Below, piece after piece: positions 20,900-30,372 of a stretch of DNA of 64,000 nt (positions are counted from its first letter, which is position 1; each line of letters begins with the position of its first letter). Made by a program: the position numbers and the translations under genes. Below the pieces are notes generated by a model. That model was given only the letters and a program-made list of their open reading frames with translations. It did no database searches and was not told where the DNA came from. Source of the stretch: Spirochaetota bacterium (GTDB lineage: Bacteria > Spirochaetota > UBA12135 > COTS27 > CBDBHE01); NCBI GenBank assembly GCA_965205605.1, contig CBDBHE010000007.1:128001-192000 (forward strand), read 5' to 3'.

Positions 20900-22300
20900 A
20901 TGAAATCTATATTTTTTTCTTCTATTTATTTTTATTTCATTAATAGTTTAAAAGAAATTTATCATAATAAAGTTCGTTCGTTTCTTACGATACTAGGGAT
21001 TCTTTTAGGGGTATTTTCTTTAACGGCCATGTCAGGGATTATTGAAGGAGCTAGAAAAAAAGCCATTAAAATTTTTAAAGAAAAAGGGGGAGCGAGTCTC
21101 ATTACAATCAAAAAAACGCCAAGTGAAAATACCGAAGAAAGCTCTTTTCTGCAAACAAAAGAACTTTGGTGGGAAGATGTCAATATCATTCAAAAAGAAA
21201 ATAATAATATTATTTTAGGAGTTAGTCCTATAAATACCATGAGAACCTATGTAACTGCAGATGGAATTCAATCTTTTGAACTAATAATAAAAGGCATTGG
21301 AGAAGATTTTAATGCTATTAAACTCTATGATATCGCTCAAGGTCGAAAAATTTTGAATATCGATAGTCATTTTTATTCTCGGGTGTGTGTTCTTGGGAGT
21401 ATTCCGATTAAGGAACTTTTTTTAGGTTCAAGCCCTATTAAACAAAATGTTCTCATTAACGAGATTCCTTTTAGAGTCATTGGGACCTACAAACATTATT
21501 TTGAGCAACAAAGTACTTTATTAAAAAAAAACAAAAGAAGAAGAAGAAGAAGAACAACAACGACAACAAGAATAAGAATAAAAAACTTCCCTAAAGTAGC
21601 CAAACTTAATAAACCCAAAATAAGACTAAAAAGACAAAATCGATGGGAAATTATCAGACGATATTTTAGAAGCAACTTACTTTGGAAGAAAAACTTTATT
21701 ATAACAATCCCTATTGGGACATTCCTTTCTATTTATGAAAGCAAAGAAAAAAAAGGGTTTGATGAAATCCAAGTACTATTCAAAAATGAAGTTAACGTTC
21801 AAAAGGGAGTAGAAGCCATTAAAGAATCTCTTATGAAACTAAGGGGTGGTAATGAAGATTTTGAAGTAGAACTTAATACCGCTTCTTTAGATAATATTGA
21901 ATCTCAATTAAAAATTTTCAAAATTATTTTAGGCAGTATTTCAGTCATTTCTTTAATTGTAGGAGGACTTGGAATTATGAATATTGTTTTAGCTTCTCTT
22001 TCAGAAAGAATCCGTGAAATTGGGATTCGAAAAAGTATTGGAGCGAGCAATATTGATATTTTCATGCAATTTTTAACTGAAACGATTGTTCTTTCTTTAC
22101 TAGGGGGGGTGTTAGGGATTGGCATTACCTTTTTATTAAGTGATTTTATAGGGAATATCACACAAACTCCTATTTATATATCGCTTAATTCGATCATTTA
22201 TTCTTTCACTGTTTGCTTTTGTTTAGGCATCTTTTTTGGTCTTTATCCAGCGACAAAAGCTTCTAAACTCAATCCGGTAGAAGCTTTAAGATATGATTAA
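20900..22300 (+). CDS. ABC transporter permease (MacB/FtsX type)
   Basis: RSFLTILGILLG, VGGLGIMNI, ERIREIGIRKSIGA, GLYPA.KAS.LNPVEALR. Confidence 0.93.
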   Translation: MKSIFFSSIYFYFINSLKEIYHNKVRSFLTILGILLGVFSLTAMSGIIEGARKKAIKIFKEKGGASLITIKKTPSENTEESSFLQTKELWWEDVNIIQKENNNIILGVSPINTMRTYVTADGIQSFELIIKGIGEDFNAIKLYDIAQGRKILNIDSHFYSRVCVLGSIPIKELFLGSSPIKQNVLINEIPFRVIGTYKHYFEQQSTLLKKNKRRRRRRTTTTTRIRIKNFPKVAKLNKPKIRLKRQNRWEIIRRYFRSNLLWKKNFIITIPIGTFLSIYESKEKKGFDEIQVLFKNEVNVQKGVEAIKESLMKLRGGNEDFEVELNTASLDNIESQLKIFKIILGSISVISLIVGGLGIMNIVLASLSERIREIGIRKSIGASNIDIFMQFLTETIVLSLLGGVLGIGITFLLSDFIGNITQTPIYISLNSIIYSFTVCFCLGIFFGLYPATKASKLNPVEALRYD

Positions 22301-23648
22301 ACAATTTTTTTACTTTTTGCTACTCAAAGGATTTTTTTTCATCATCATTAATATTTTTTTTATTAGTGCAAAAACGATTTCTCTTTTAGATCTCCCAAAA
22401 ATCATCTCTAACAATTCTACTTTAGTTAAGAAAAAAAAAATTGATTTACAAATAAGAAAAATCAATAGTAAAAAAATTTTTTTAGATTATTTTCCTAATT
22501 GGATATTAAATTATGGTTATGATTTCACCCATAATTTAATAGAAAAAAATGCTCAATTAAGACCTAAACAAGAATATACTCTAATTTCTAGGCTCCCTCT
22601 CCTTAAAGGTGGCAAACGATTTTTTGAGCTTGGCTATAACAACTTACATTACCAAAACGAAAAAAAAAACCTAAAACAATCTTATGAAACAGACTTAAAA
22701 AAAAGTATCGAAGCTTATCTTAAAACAGTTGAAAATTATTTTTCTCTTCAAATAGCAAAATCTAATGAAGCCAGCTCAAAACTACAATACCAGTTTACCT
22801 TAAATAAAAAAAGAGGAGGCCAAAGCTCTGAGATTGATCTTTTGCAAGCGAAAGCTCGTTATGATAACGATATTTATTTATTAGAAACAGAAAAAATTAA
22901 TTATGAAAATTCTATTTATAGTTTAAAAAAAAAACTCAATTTAAATCCTTTAGAAATCAACCCTAATCTTAATTTTTATTTAACCCTCAAGCTTAGTAAA
23001 ATCATAGAAGAAGATAGTATCAAAAAAAAGTATCAAATTTTCTCAGCCATAAAACTTGAAAATGAAAATAAAATTTTAAACTTAATGAATCGACAAAATT
23101 ATTTTGAACGCTTTTTTCCTGAAATTTCACTTGACCTTGCTCTTACGACTTTCCAAGTAAGAGAACAAACAATTAATACCCCAACAAATCAAATCAAAAT
23201 AACCAACAAGTCTGAGTATAATTTCTATTTTGGAGCTAGTTTTACCTTTCCTTTTTTTGAACGCTTTAATCATTTTCTAGAAATCAAAAAAAATAAATTG
23301 ATGATTAAAAAAAATAAATTTAGTTTAGAAGAAATCTATCGTAATTTTTTGATTTCTTTTAGACAAACCACCAAACTTCATAATAATAAAATTGACTTAA
23401 TACAAGTTGCTTCTTATCGATTAGAAAGTGCTTTAGCCAATAGAAATAAGACCTTAAACAGTCACCAATCTGGTATCTCCTCCTTATTACAAGTTCAAGA
23501 AGCTGAAAATCTTTTTAGAGAAGCCCAATTAGACTTTATTAATCTTAAATTAGAAATTCTTTCTTTAAAAGCAGAAGTCGGTCACCTCATTGGTAATACA
23601 ATGGCGTACCTTTCTTTAGAAAAAAGCTTACAACAAATAGAAGAATAA
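22293..23648 (+). CDS. TolC-family outer membrane efflux protein
   Basis: last gene of MFP-ABC operon; two repeats with G.SS.(IL)D/LLQ motifs, coiled-coil helices. Confidence 0.75.
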   Translation: MIKQFFYFLLLKGFFFIIINIFFISAKTISLLDLPKIISNNSTLVKKKKIDLQIRKINSKKIFLDYFPNWILNYGYDFTHNLIEKNAQLRPKQEYTLISRLPLLKGGKRFFELGYNNLHYQNEKKNLKQSYETDLKKSIEAYLKTVENYFSLQIAKSNEASSKLQYQFTLNKKRGGQSSEIDLLQAKARYDNDIYLLETEKINYENSIYSLKKKLNLNPLEINPNLNFYLTLKLSKIIEEDSIKKKYQIFSAIKLENENKILNLMNRQNYFERFFPEISLDLALTTFQVREQTINTPTNQIKITNKSEYNFYFGASFTFPFFERFNHFLEIKKNKLMIKKNKFSLEEIYRNFLISFRQTTKLHNNKIDLIQVASYRLESALANRNKTLNSHQSGISSLLQVQEAENLFREAQLDFINLKLEILSLKAEVGHLIGNTMAYLSLEKSLQQIEE

Positions 23649-23698
23649 AATAATTAAAAAAAAAAATTTCTAACTTAAAAAAATATTTTGTAATATTA

Positions 23699-24781
23699 TT
23701 GATAAAAACTCAAATGCTTTCTTCTCCAAAAAAATCTAAAAATACTTTGTGTTGTGATACTTCACATCAAAAAAGAAAAGATTATTTTTTTATCTCTTTA
23801 ATTTTTTTAACCATTATTTTATATGGAGGGCATTTGTTTAACATTTATTTGGAGATGCTTGAGGGTCCATTTTCTGAGCTTTTTGATGCTTTTTATCAAT
23901 TATTAAATCGGATCTCTTGGGGAATAGGGATTGGAATTTTATCTGTTGGCATTCTTACAAAAATGCCTCGTGAATATATTCTTTCTCTTTTAGGCAAACC
24001 AAGCTCAAAAAAAAGTATTTTCAAAGCTACTCTAGCGGGTATTTTTTTAGACTTATGCAGTCATGGGATCTTAATGATAGGAATGAATTTATATAAAAAA
24101 GGAGCGAGCCTTGGACAAGTGATGGCATTTCTTATTGCAAGTCCTTGGAATTCACTTTCACTTACTTTTATTTTGTTTACCTTAATAGGCTTTAAATGGA
24201 CATTGCTTTTTATTTTACTTTCTGCTATTATTGGCATTTTTTCTGGTTTTGTTTTTCAAATACTTGAAAAGAAAAATATTTTACCTAAAAATCCCAATGA
24301 GATTTCACTTCCAAAGGGCTTTAACTTTTGGAAACAAGTTAAAAAAGATTTTAAAAAAAACCCATGGGTACTAATAAATTTTAAATCTGTTTTAAAAAAT
24401 GGATTTAGAGAATCAAAAATAATCATTAAATGGGTTTTATTTGGAGCTTTATTATCAAGTTTAGTGAAAGTATTTATTGATGAAAGTTTTTTTCACCATT
24501 ATTTTGGTCCTACTTTATTGGGTTTGGGGATTACTTTAGGGTTAACAACGATCATTGAAATCTGTTCCGAAGGAGCAGCTCCTCTTGGGGCAGACTTATT
24601 TCAAAAAGGCCAAGCTCCAGGAAATGGTTTTGTTTTTCTTATGGGAGGAGTTTCAACAGATTACACAGAAATCATTGTTTTAAAAGAAACAACAAAGTCA
24701 TGGAAAATTGCTTTATTTTTACCATTAATCACGATCCCTCAGATTTTAGTCATCGGCTTTATATTAAATCAATTGAGTTAG
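23699..24781 (+). CDS. predicted permease (ArsP/DUF318 family)
   Basis: LDLCSHG, GASLGQVMAFLIASPW, ICSEG, FLMGGVSTD; many TM helices. Confidence 0.8.
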   Translation: MIKTQMLSSPKKSKNTLCCDTSHQKRKDYFFISLIFLTIILYGGHLFNIYLEMLEGPFSELFDAFYQLLNRISWGIGIGILSVGILTKMPREYILSLLGKPSSKKSIFKATLAGIFLDLCSHGILMIGMNLYKKGASLGQVMAFLIASPWNSLSLTFILFTLIGFKWTLLFILLSAIIGIFSGFVFQILEKKNILPKNPNEISLPKGFNFWKQVKKDFKKNPWVLINFKSVLKNGFRESKIIIKWVLFGALLSSLVKVFIDESFFHHYFGPTLLGLGITLGLTTIIEICSEGAAPLGADLFQKGQAPGNGFVFLMGGVSTDYTEIIVLKETTKSWKIALFLPLITIPQILVIGFILNQLS

Positions 24782-24801
24782 AAACAAGATAAAAAAAACA
24801 C

Positions 24802-25410
24802 TCAAAGTAGCAAGATTAAACGATCAACGACCATCAAATGATCTTTAGGTCGTCCTTTTTTACTTCTAAGCTTTAGGTTCATGACCACCTGATGCAAAGG
24901 GCCAAAATCACCTTTTTTAGAATATTCTATAGCAGCTTCAATGAAATAGTGAAATACCGCATATTCTGCTTTATACCTTCTTTCCTCTCTAGTTGCATAT
25001 TTTCTATTCTCCGCTCTAACGATTGTGGTGTGAAGTAGATGACCCTATTCGTGGAAAAGGATCATTATCATCCTATCCTCTGGATATTTTAGATTCTTAT
25101 TTAAAATAAATTTTTGATTTATGGTAATTTTATTTGTTCCTTGTGCCTTTCCAGGCCCTCTTATGCTGGATGAATAATACATACCAACACCATCGTCTTT
25201 TAATTTTTTAATTTCCTTCCATAGTTTTGGAAGGTTGTTTTTACAATGCTCTTCTACTTCTCTTCTATTTTTATCAGATGCTATATAATTTGAATTAAAC
25301 TCTTGTGAAGCTACACTAAATACTGATTTCTCCTTATTAGAAGCGGTGATCTCTTTTTCTTCAAACCCCAGTATTAGACCAATTAGTATAAATATTAAAT
25401 ATTTTCTCAT
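24802..25410 (-). pseudogene. secreted zincin-like metallopeptidase interrupted by an in-frame TAG inside HExxH
   Basis: reads ILFHE*GHLLH and the frame stays open for 80 more codons to TGA 24802-24804; signal-like N-terminus. Confidence 0.65.
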
Positions 25411-25843
25411 TTCTATACCCTTTATTTAATATATATGTAAAATCATTACACAAGATTAAAATTGTATCACATAAAACTTATTTACCAAAGGAGATGAAGA
25501 GGTAGGGAGAATAGTAACATAGATTTAGTTTATCACTCGAGTTTTTCAGAGACTAAATTTTTAATATTACAATTATTAGTATAAAAGACTACTTTAGATT
25601 TATTATTTTGACTCTCAACTATAATCTTTTTCTGCAAAGCCACTTTTACTAGGTCGGTATTTTCAAAAACAATATAATCAAAGTCTGAAAATAGTGTTTT
25701 TAAAAAAATAGACAGACTAGATGATGCTTTTCACTCTTTAAGATTTAGATACTACAGAATATACCTAGAAAAAAATGAAAAGGTGTACTCTAGTTACAAT
25801 AACAAAATTAAGTGATGTAATGAGCTTAAAACGAGCACGAAAG

Positions 25844-25917
25844 TCGGAGTAGCAGGACTTGAACCTGCGACCTCTTGGTCCCAAACCAAGCGCGCTAGCC
25901 AACTGCGCCATACTCCG
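25844..25917 (-). tRNA. tRNA-Pro(TGG)
   Basis: CGGAGTA/TACTCCG acceptor stem, CTTGG-TTTGGGA-CCAAG anticodon arm, GTTCAAGTC; no encoded CCA; TTGACA-17-TAGGCT upstream. Confidence 0.96.
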
Positions 25918-26098
25918 TTTTCACTTGAAAATGAATTAATAAGCCTAACTTTTTAAAACAGTTTTGTCAAATCTAAAATAAATTTTATTTTTTTCTTTAT
26001 TTTTTCATCAAAAGAAAATGAATTTACTTATAAAAAACTATGTTTTTTTTATCACATTTTTATCACATTAATGCTCTTTTTTAGTTTCAAGCGTGATG

Positions 26099-27508
26099 CT
26101 AAAAAAGCATCAATTTTATGACAAAAAGATAAATTGAAATTCCTAAAAGGTCATTTGAAATCATAATAAAAGGACCCATTGCAACTGTAGGATCAATTTT
26201 CATCTTATTTAAAAGAAAAGGAATGCTCACTCCAAAAATAGATGAAGACAAAAAAACTAAAAATAAAGCAATACTAATACTAAAAGAAATTTGCCACAGA
26301 CTTTTTTCTAAATTTAAAGGGAACGTAGAAAAAACTAAAATAAGAAAAAAGAATAAAAGTAAACTCAAAAAAAACCCATTTAAACAAGCGACTCTAATTT
26401 CTTTATAAAAGATAGTCCAAAAATTAAGATATTTGAGATGATCTAAAGTCAGTCGTTTAACAATAATTGAAGATGCCTGTAGACTAATATTGCCTCCCAT
26501 AGAAGTCAGCAGTGGTATGAAAAAAAAAACCACGATTACATCTGAAACTATTTTTTCAAAAACACTAATCAACCCCGCTGCTAAAGCTCCTCCAAAAAGT
26601 CCAATGATTAACCAAGACACTCGTTCCGCAGAAGCTTTTAAAATAGTTTCTTCTTTCCCATCTTCTTTAATCCCCGCAATCACATTCATATCTTTAGAAG
26701 CTTCTTTTTCAAAAACATCCACCACATCATCGACTGTAATTCTTCCAAGCAATCTATTCTGCTCATCGACTACCGCAATAGAAGAAATGTTATAATCCTT
26801 AACTCGATTAGCCACTTCTTCTTGAGGTAAGGACGTCTCAACTCTTTCAGCTTCTTCAATCAGTACTTGTAGTTTAGTTGCCTTTGAAGCAATAATTAAT
26901 TTATTAAGAGGAACCTTCCCTTCTAATTGTTTTTTTTTATTAACAATAAAAACATTATAAACATCTAAAATCTTCTTTTTTCCCATTTCTTTAAGTTTTA
27001 CTAAAGCCTTACCTACATTTTCATGACCTTTTAAAGAAACATAATTCATTGTCATTAAACTACCAGCTGTATTTTTTTCATAAGATAAAATCTGAAAAAA
27101 TTTTCTTTTTTCAGATTTTGGAAAAGTTTTAACAAAATCGATTTGTTTACCTATTTCTAAAAAACGCACCATTCTGACTAAATCATTTGTTTCCATAGAT
27201 TCAATAATTTTTTTAAATCTTGAAAAAGACAAACCTCTAATAAGTTTTTGTTTAGTAGTATCTTCTAATTCAAAAAGCACCTCTCCCATAAAATTCAAAG
27301 AAACTCTATTAAAAAACCATTTTTGCATCTCTTCTGGTAAATACATCAAACCATAAGCAATGTCAGAAGGATGTAGTAAATGGAAAAGACGAATCCCTTC
27401 TTCTTTTTCTCCTTCAAGATACATTTCAGTTGCAATAATAAACTTAGAAATATGTGATTGTTGAATTTCTTTTAATTTTTCTAAGCTTTCTTTAAAATTT
27501 TTCTTCAT
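26099..27508 (-). CDS. mgtE: magnesium transporter MgtE
   Basis: LHPSDIA, YEKNTAGSLMT, CBS pair, GRITVDDVVD, MGGN, IDP.VAMGPFI. Confidence 0.93.
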   Translation of the reverse strand: MKKNFKESLEKLKEIQQSHISKFIIATEMYLEGEKEEGIRLFHLLHPSDIAYGLMYLPEEMQKWFFNRVSLNFMGEVLFELEDTTKQKLIRGLSFSRFKKIIESMETNDLVRMVRFLEIGKQIDFVKTFPKSEKRKFFQILSYEKNTAGSLMTMNYVSLKGHENVGKALVKLKEMGKKKILDVYNVFIVNKKKQLEGKVPLNKLIIASKATKLQVLIEEAERVETSLPQEEVANRVKDYNISSIAVVDEQNRLLGRITVDDVVDVFEKEASKDMNVIAGIKEDGKEETILKASAERVSWLIIGLFGGALAAGLISVFEKIVSDVIVVFFFIPLLTSMGGNISLQASSIIVKRLTLDHLKYLNFWTIFYKEIRVACLNGFFLSLLLFFFLILVFSTFPLNLEKSLWQISFSISIALFLVFLSSSIFGVSIPFLLNKMKIDPTVAMGPFIMISNDLLGISIYLFVIKLMLF

Positions 27509-28425
27509 TTTTTTTTTGAGTCATATTCCTTCTTATGATAAAAAAAGAAAAAAAAGAAAAACAACACCCCTCCTAAAAGAGAAGCTTTAATTTTAAAATA
27601 ATAATCATGTTTGTGAATCATATGAGCAAAGATTTCTCCTTGTCGGTATATTCCTCTAATCGAAACCCAGTCGCCTTCTTTCAAATTTTGATTCTGATCA
27701 CTTGTTAATAAAAAGATTCGACTCCCTTCTTTGATGTAAAACTGTTGTTGTTGCTTAACAATTTTACTAACCGACAAAGAAATTTCTTTGCCTTCAAATG
27801 CTTGGGGATTTTTAATAAAAGAAGTACTAAAAATATTTTTCTCTAAACCTTTCTTAACAAACAAGAAAGGAAAAAAAATAAAAAAAAGCAAAACCGTTAA
27901 AAACAAACCTAATTTTTTAAAAGAAAAATTTCCTAAAGCAACGGTTTTAAATTTTCTTCTTTCTTTAAAAAACATTAATATAAGCATCAAAAGTGTTATA
28001 AAAAAAATAAATTTAATCCAAGGGTTATCATACCAAAAAAGTTGAAAACTAAAATGGCTTAACTTAAAAGGGAAAAAAATAGGACTCCCTCCTCCCACAT
28101 TTTTTTGAAAAAGATCTAAAAAAATATGTAATAAAGAAGAAAGATAAATCAAGCAAAATACTTGATAAGGCTTTTTTGTTAAAAGTGCAATGATAATCGA
28201 TGCAAATAAAACCATAAAAGGGGTATGATAAAAATTAAGGTAAAGATGAAAAAATTGATGGTTCAATTTAAAAGGAAGCAAATCAAACAAAACATACGCC
28301 ACTCTTGAAATGATGTCTGGTAAAAGAGACCCCAGTAAAATCCAGCGAACATCTTTTACTTTAAAAAATTTTGAACCCACATACGCAGATCCCAAATGCA
28401 AACCCCAATCAGGCATTGTTTTCAA
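27505..28425 (-). CDS. inner-membrane metal-dependent hydrolase (YdjM-like) with C-terminal OB-like domain
   Basis: H...GSLLPDI, YHTPF, LHIFLDL, FFPF motifs. Confidence 0.65.
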   Translation of the reverse strand: MKTMPDWGLHLGSAYVGSKFFKVKDVRWILLGSLLPDIISRVAYVLFDLLPFKLNHQFFHLYLNFYHTPFMVLFASIIIALLTKKPYQVFCLIYLSSLLHIFLDLFQKNVGGGSPIFFPFKLSHFSFQLFWYDNPWIKFIFFITLLMLILMFFKERRKFKTVALGNFSFKKLGLFLTVLLFFIFFPFLFVKKGLEKNIFSTSFIKNPQAFEGKEISLSVSKIVKQQQQFYIKEGSRIFLLTSDQNQNLKEGDWVSIRGIYRQGEIFAHMIHKHDYYFKIKASLLGGVLFFFFFFFYHKKEYDSKKK

Positions 28426-28512
28426 TCACTTTTTTTTTACATTGGACATAAAGAATACCTAATTTTAAAATAAAACAAACTTTATAGGAAATTACTAACC
28501 ATAAAACTACCC

Positions 28513-29562
28513 ATGAATCTATCAAAAATTACTTCAAGACAAATTCTTAAAAAAGAATGTCAAAAATGGCGACAAGAAAAAAAAATAATTGGGTTTACTT
28601 CCGGCAGCTTTGATCTTCTCCATCAAGGTCACACAACCTATTTACAAAAAGCAAAAAAGCATTGTGATATTCTTATCGTCGGTCTTAATTCAGATACTTC
28701 CATTCAAAATTATAAAGAAACCAAAAGACCTATTATTACAGAAAATCAAAGAATCATCGTTTTATCTGCCCTTTCTAGTGTCGACAAAGTATTCTTATTT
28801 CATGAAACCAATAACAAAGACAATCTTCTCTCTTTAAAACCAAACTTGTATATTAAAGCAGGTGATTATTCTTTAAACTCAATGACTTCTGCTAAATATC
28901 TAAAAGATTGGGGAGGAAAAGCCATTACGGTGCCTTTTGAAAAAGGGATTTCAACAACAAATATCATTGAAACCATTTTAAAAAAATATGCCAAAGAATT
29001 CCCTATTTGTGAAAATCTTAAAGACAAAAAAGTGAAGCCTGCTATTTTTTTAGATAGGGATGGCGTCATCAATAAAGAAATCGAATACCTGCATCTAAAA
29101 GAAGAATTTCAACTTTTACCCGGTGTTACTGAAGGGCTTTTTTCATTAATGAAAATGGGGTTTAAATTAATCATTATTACCAATCAAGCCGGCATAGGGA
29201 TGGGATATTTTACCAAAGAAGATTTTTATAAAGTCAATAAAGAAATGCTAAAGCAACTATCAAAAAAAGAAATCTTAATTGACCGTATTTATTATTGTCC
29301 GCATTCAAAAGCAGAAGGATGTGATTGCCGAAAACCTAAAATTGGACTCATTAAAAGAGCTGAGAAAGAAGCTTTAATCAATCTTGAAAAAAGTTTTTTT
29401 ATTGGAGATCAGCAAACAGACCTTTTAGCTGGAAAAAAAGCAAGCCTAAAAACAATTTTAATTGAAGGAAACCCATCTTCAAAAAATTTAAAAACAAAAC
29501 CAAATTATACAGCAAAAAATCTTATTCAAGCTGCCAATTGGATTCAAAAAGAACCATTTTAA
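28513..29562 (+). CDS. fused heptose-1-phosphate adenylyltransferase (RfaE2/HldC) and heptose-bisphosphate phosphatase (GmhB, HAD-IIIA)
   Basis: N-half GSFDLLHQGH, VGLNSD.SI, KAGDY, STTNII; C-half FLDRDGVIN, ITNQAGI, CPH...CDCRKP, IGDQ.TD. Confidence 0.88.
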   Translation: MNLSKITSRQILKKECQKWRQEKKIIGFTSGSFDLLHQGHTTYLQKAKKHCDILIVGLNSDTSIQNYKETKRPIITENQRIIVLSALSSVDKVFLFHETNNKDNLLSLKPNLYIKAGDYSLNSMTSAKYLKDWGGKAITVPFEKGISTTNIIETILKKYAKEFPICENLKDKKVKPAIFLDRDGVINKEIEYLHLKEEFQLLPGVTEGLFSLMKMGFKLIIITNQAGIGMGYFTKEDFYKVNKEMLKQLSKKEILIDRIYYCPHSKAEGCDCRKPKIGLIKRAEKEALINLEKSFFIGDQQTDLLAGKKASLKTILIEGNPSSKNLKTKPNYTAKNLIQAANWIQKEPF

Positions 29563-30354
29563 TTGATGACAAATAAAAAAAAAAAATTTAAAGCTAAATT
29601 TACATTAACAGAAAAATTAACCAAAGGAGGTAGAAAAAAAGATTCTAATTATTATAAAAATTTAATTGCTAAAAAAAAAATTGCTTATATTACTCATCTG
29701 GCGACTAATCTCGACCAACTCATCATCACCAATTCTCTAACTCTTCCTAAGTTTACTCCTGGTTTAATTGATCGCTTTCTTATTTTTTCTCAAATGGAAA
29801 AAATTAAACCCATCATTATGATGACAAAAATTGATTTAGTAAGTCAAGAAGAAGCTTTAAATAAAAAAAAAATCTATGAAACCATTGGCTATCAAGTCTT
29901 TCTTATTTCTAATAAAACTTTAGAAGGACTAGAGCTAATAAAAGAAATATTAAAAGATAAACGCTCTGCAATTGTAGGCCATAGTGGTGTTGGCAAAACG
30001 TCTATGTTAAACCATGTAGATTCTGCTTTTTGTGAAAAGATCCAAGAAATTTCAGACTACACTAAAAAAGGACGACACACCACTTCTACCATTCGACTTT
30101 ACGAGCTTTCTTTTGGTGGCATTATTTACGATATGCCAGGTCTTAAAGAAATGGACTTTACGACCCTTTCCAAAAGAGAACTTTCAAATTATTATAAAGA
30201 GTTTAAGCGATACGATTTAAATTGTCATTTTTCAAATTGTCTTCATCTTCATGAAAAAAGATGTGGTGTTAAAGAAGCCGTTTTAAAAAAAGAGATTCAC
30301 CCTATTCGTTATAAAAATTACTTAACCATACTAAAAAGTTTAAACGAAAAATAA
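29563..30354 (+). CDS. rsgA: ribosome small subunit-dependent GTPase A
   Basis: TKIDL, GHSGVGKTS, KGRHTTS, DMPG, C.F.NC.H..E..C zinc finger. Confidence 0.92.
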   Translation: MMTNKKKKFKAKFTLTEKLTKGGRKKDSNYYKNLIAKKKIAYITHLATNLDQLIITNSLTLPKFTPGLIDRFLIFSQMEKIKPIIMMTKIDLVSQEEALNKKKIYETIGYQVFLISNKTLEGLELIKEILKDKRSAIVGHSGVGKTSMLNHVDSAFCEKIQEISDYTKKGRHTTSTIRLYELSFGGIIYDMPGLKEMDFTTLSKRELSNYYKEFKRYDLNCHFSNCLHLHEKRCGVKEAVLKKEIHPIRYKNYLTILKSLNEK

Positions 30355-30372
30355 AAGGAGCCATTTGAACCT

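Noticed and set aside
25045-25047. Genome-wide TAG reassignment suggested by HE*GH (and by a TAG in a frame at ~59268)
   Set aside because: adk, mgtE and the permease end at TAG at their expected C-termini, and long conserved genes contain no internal TAG.
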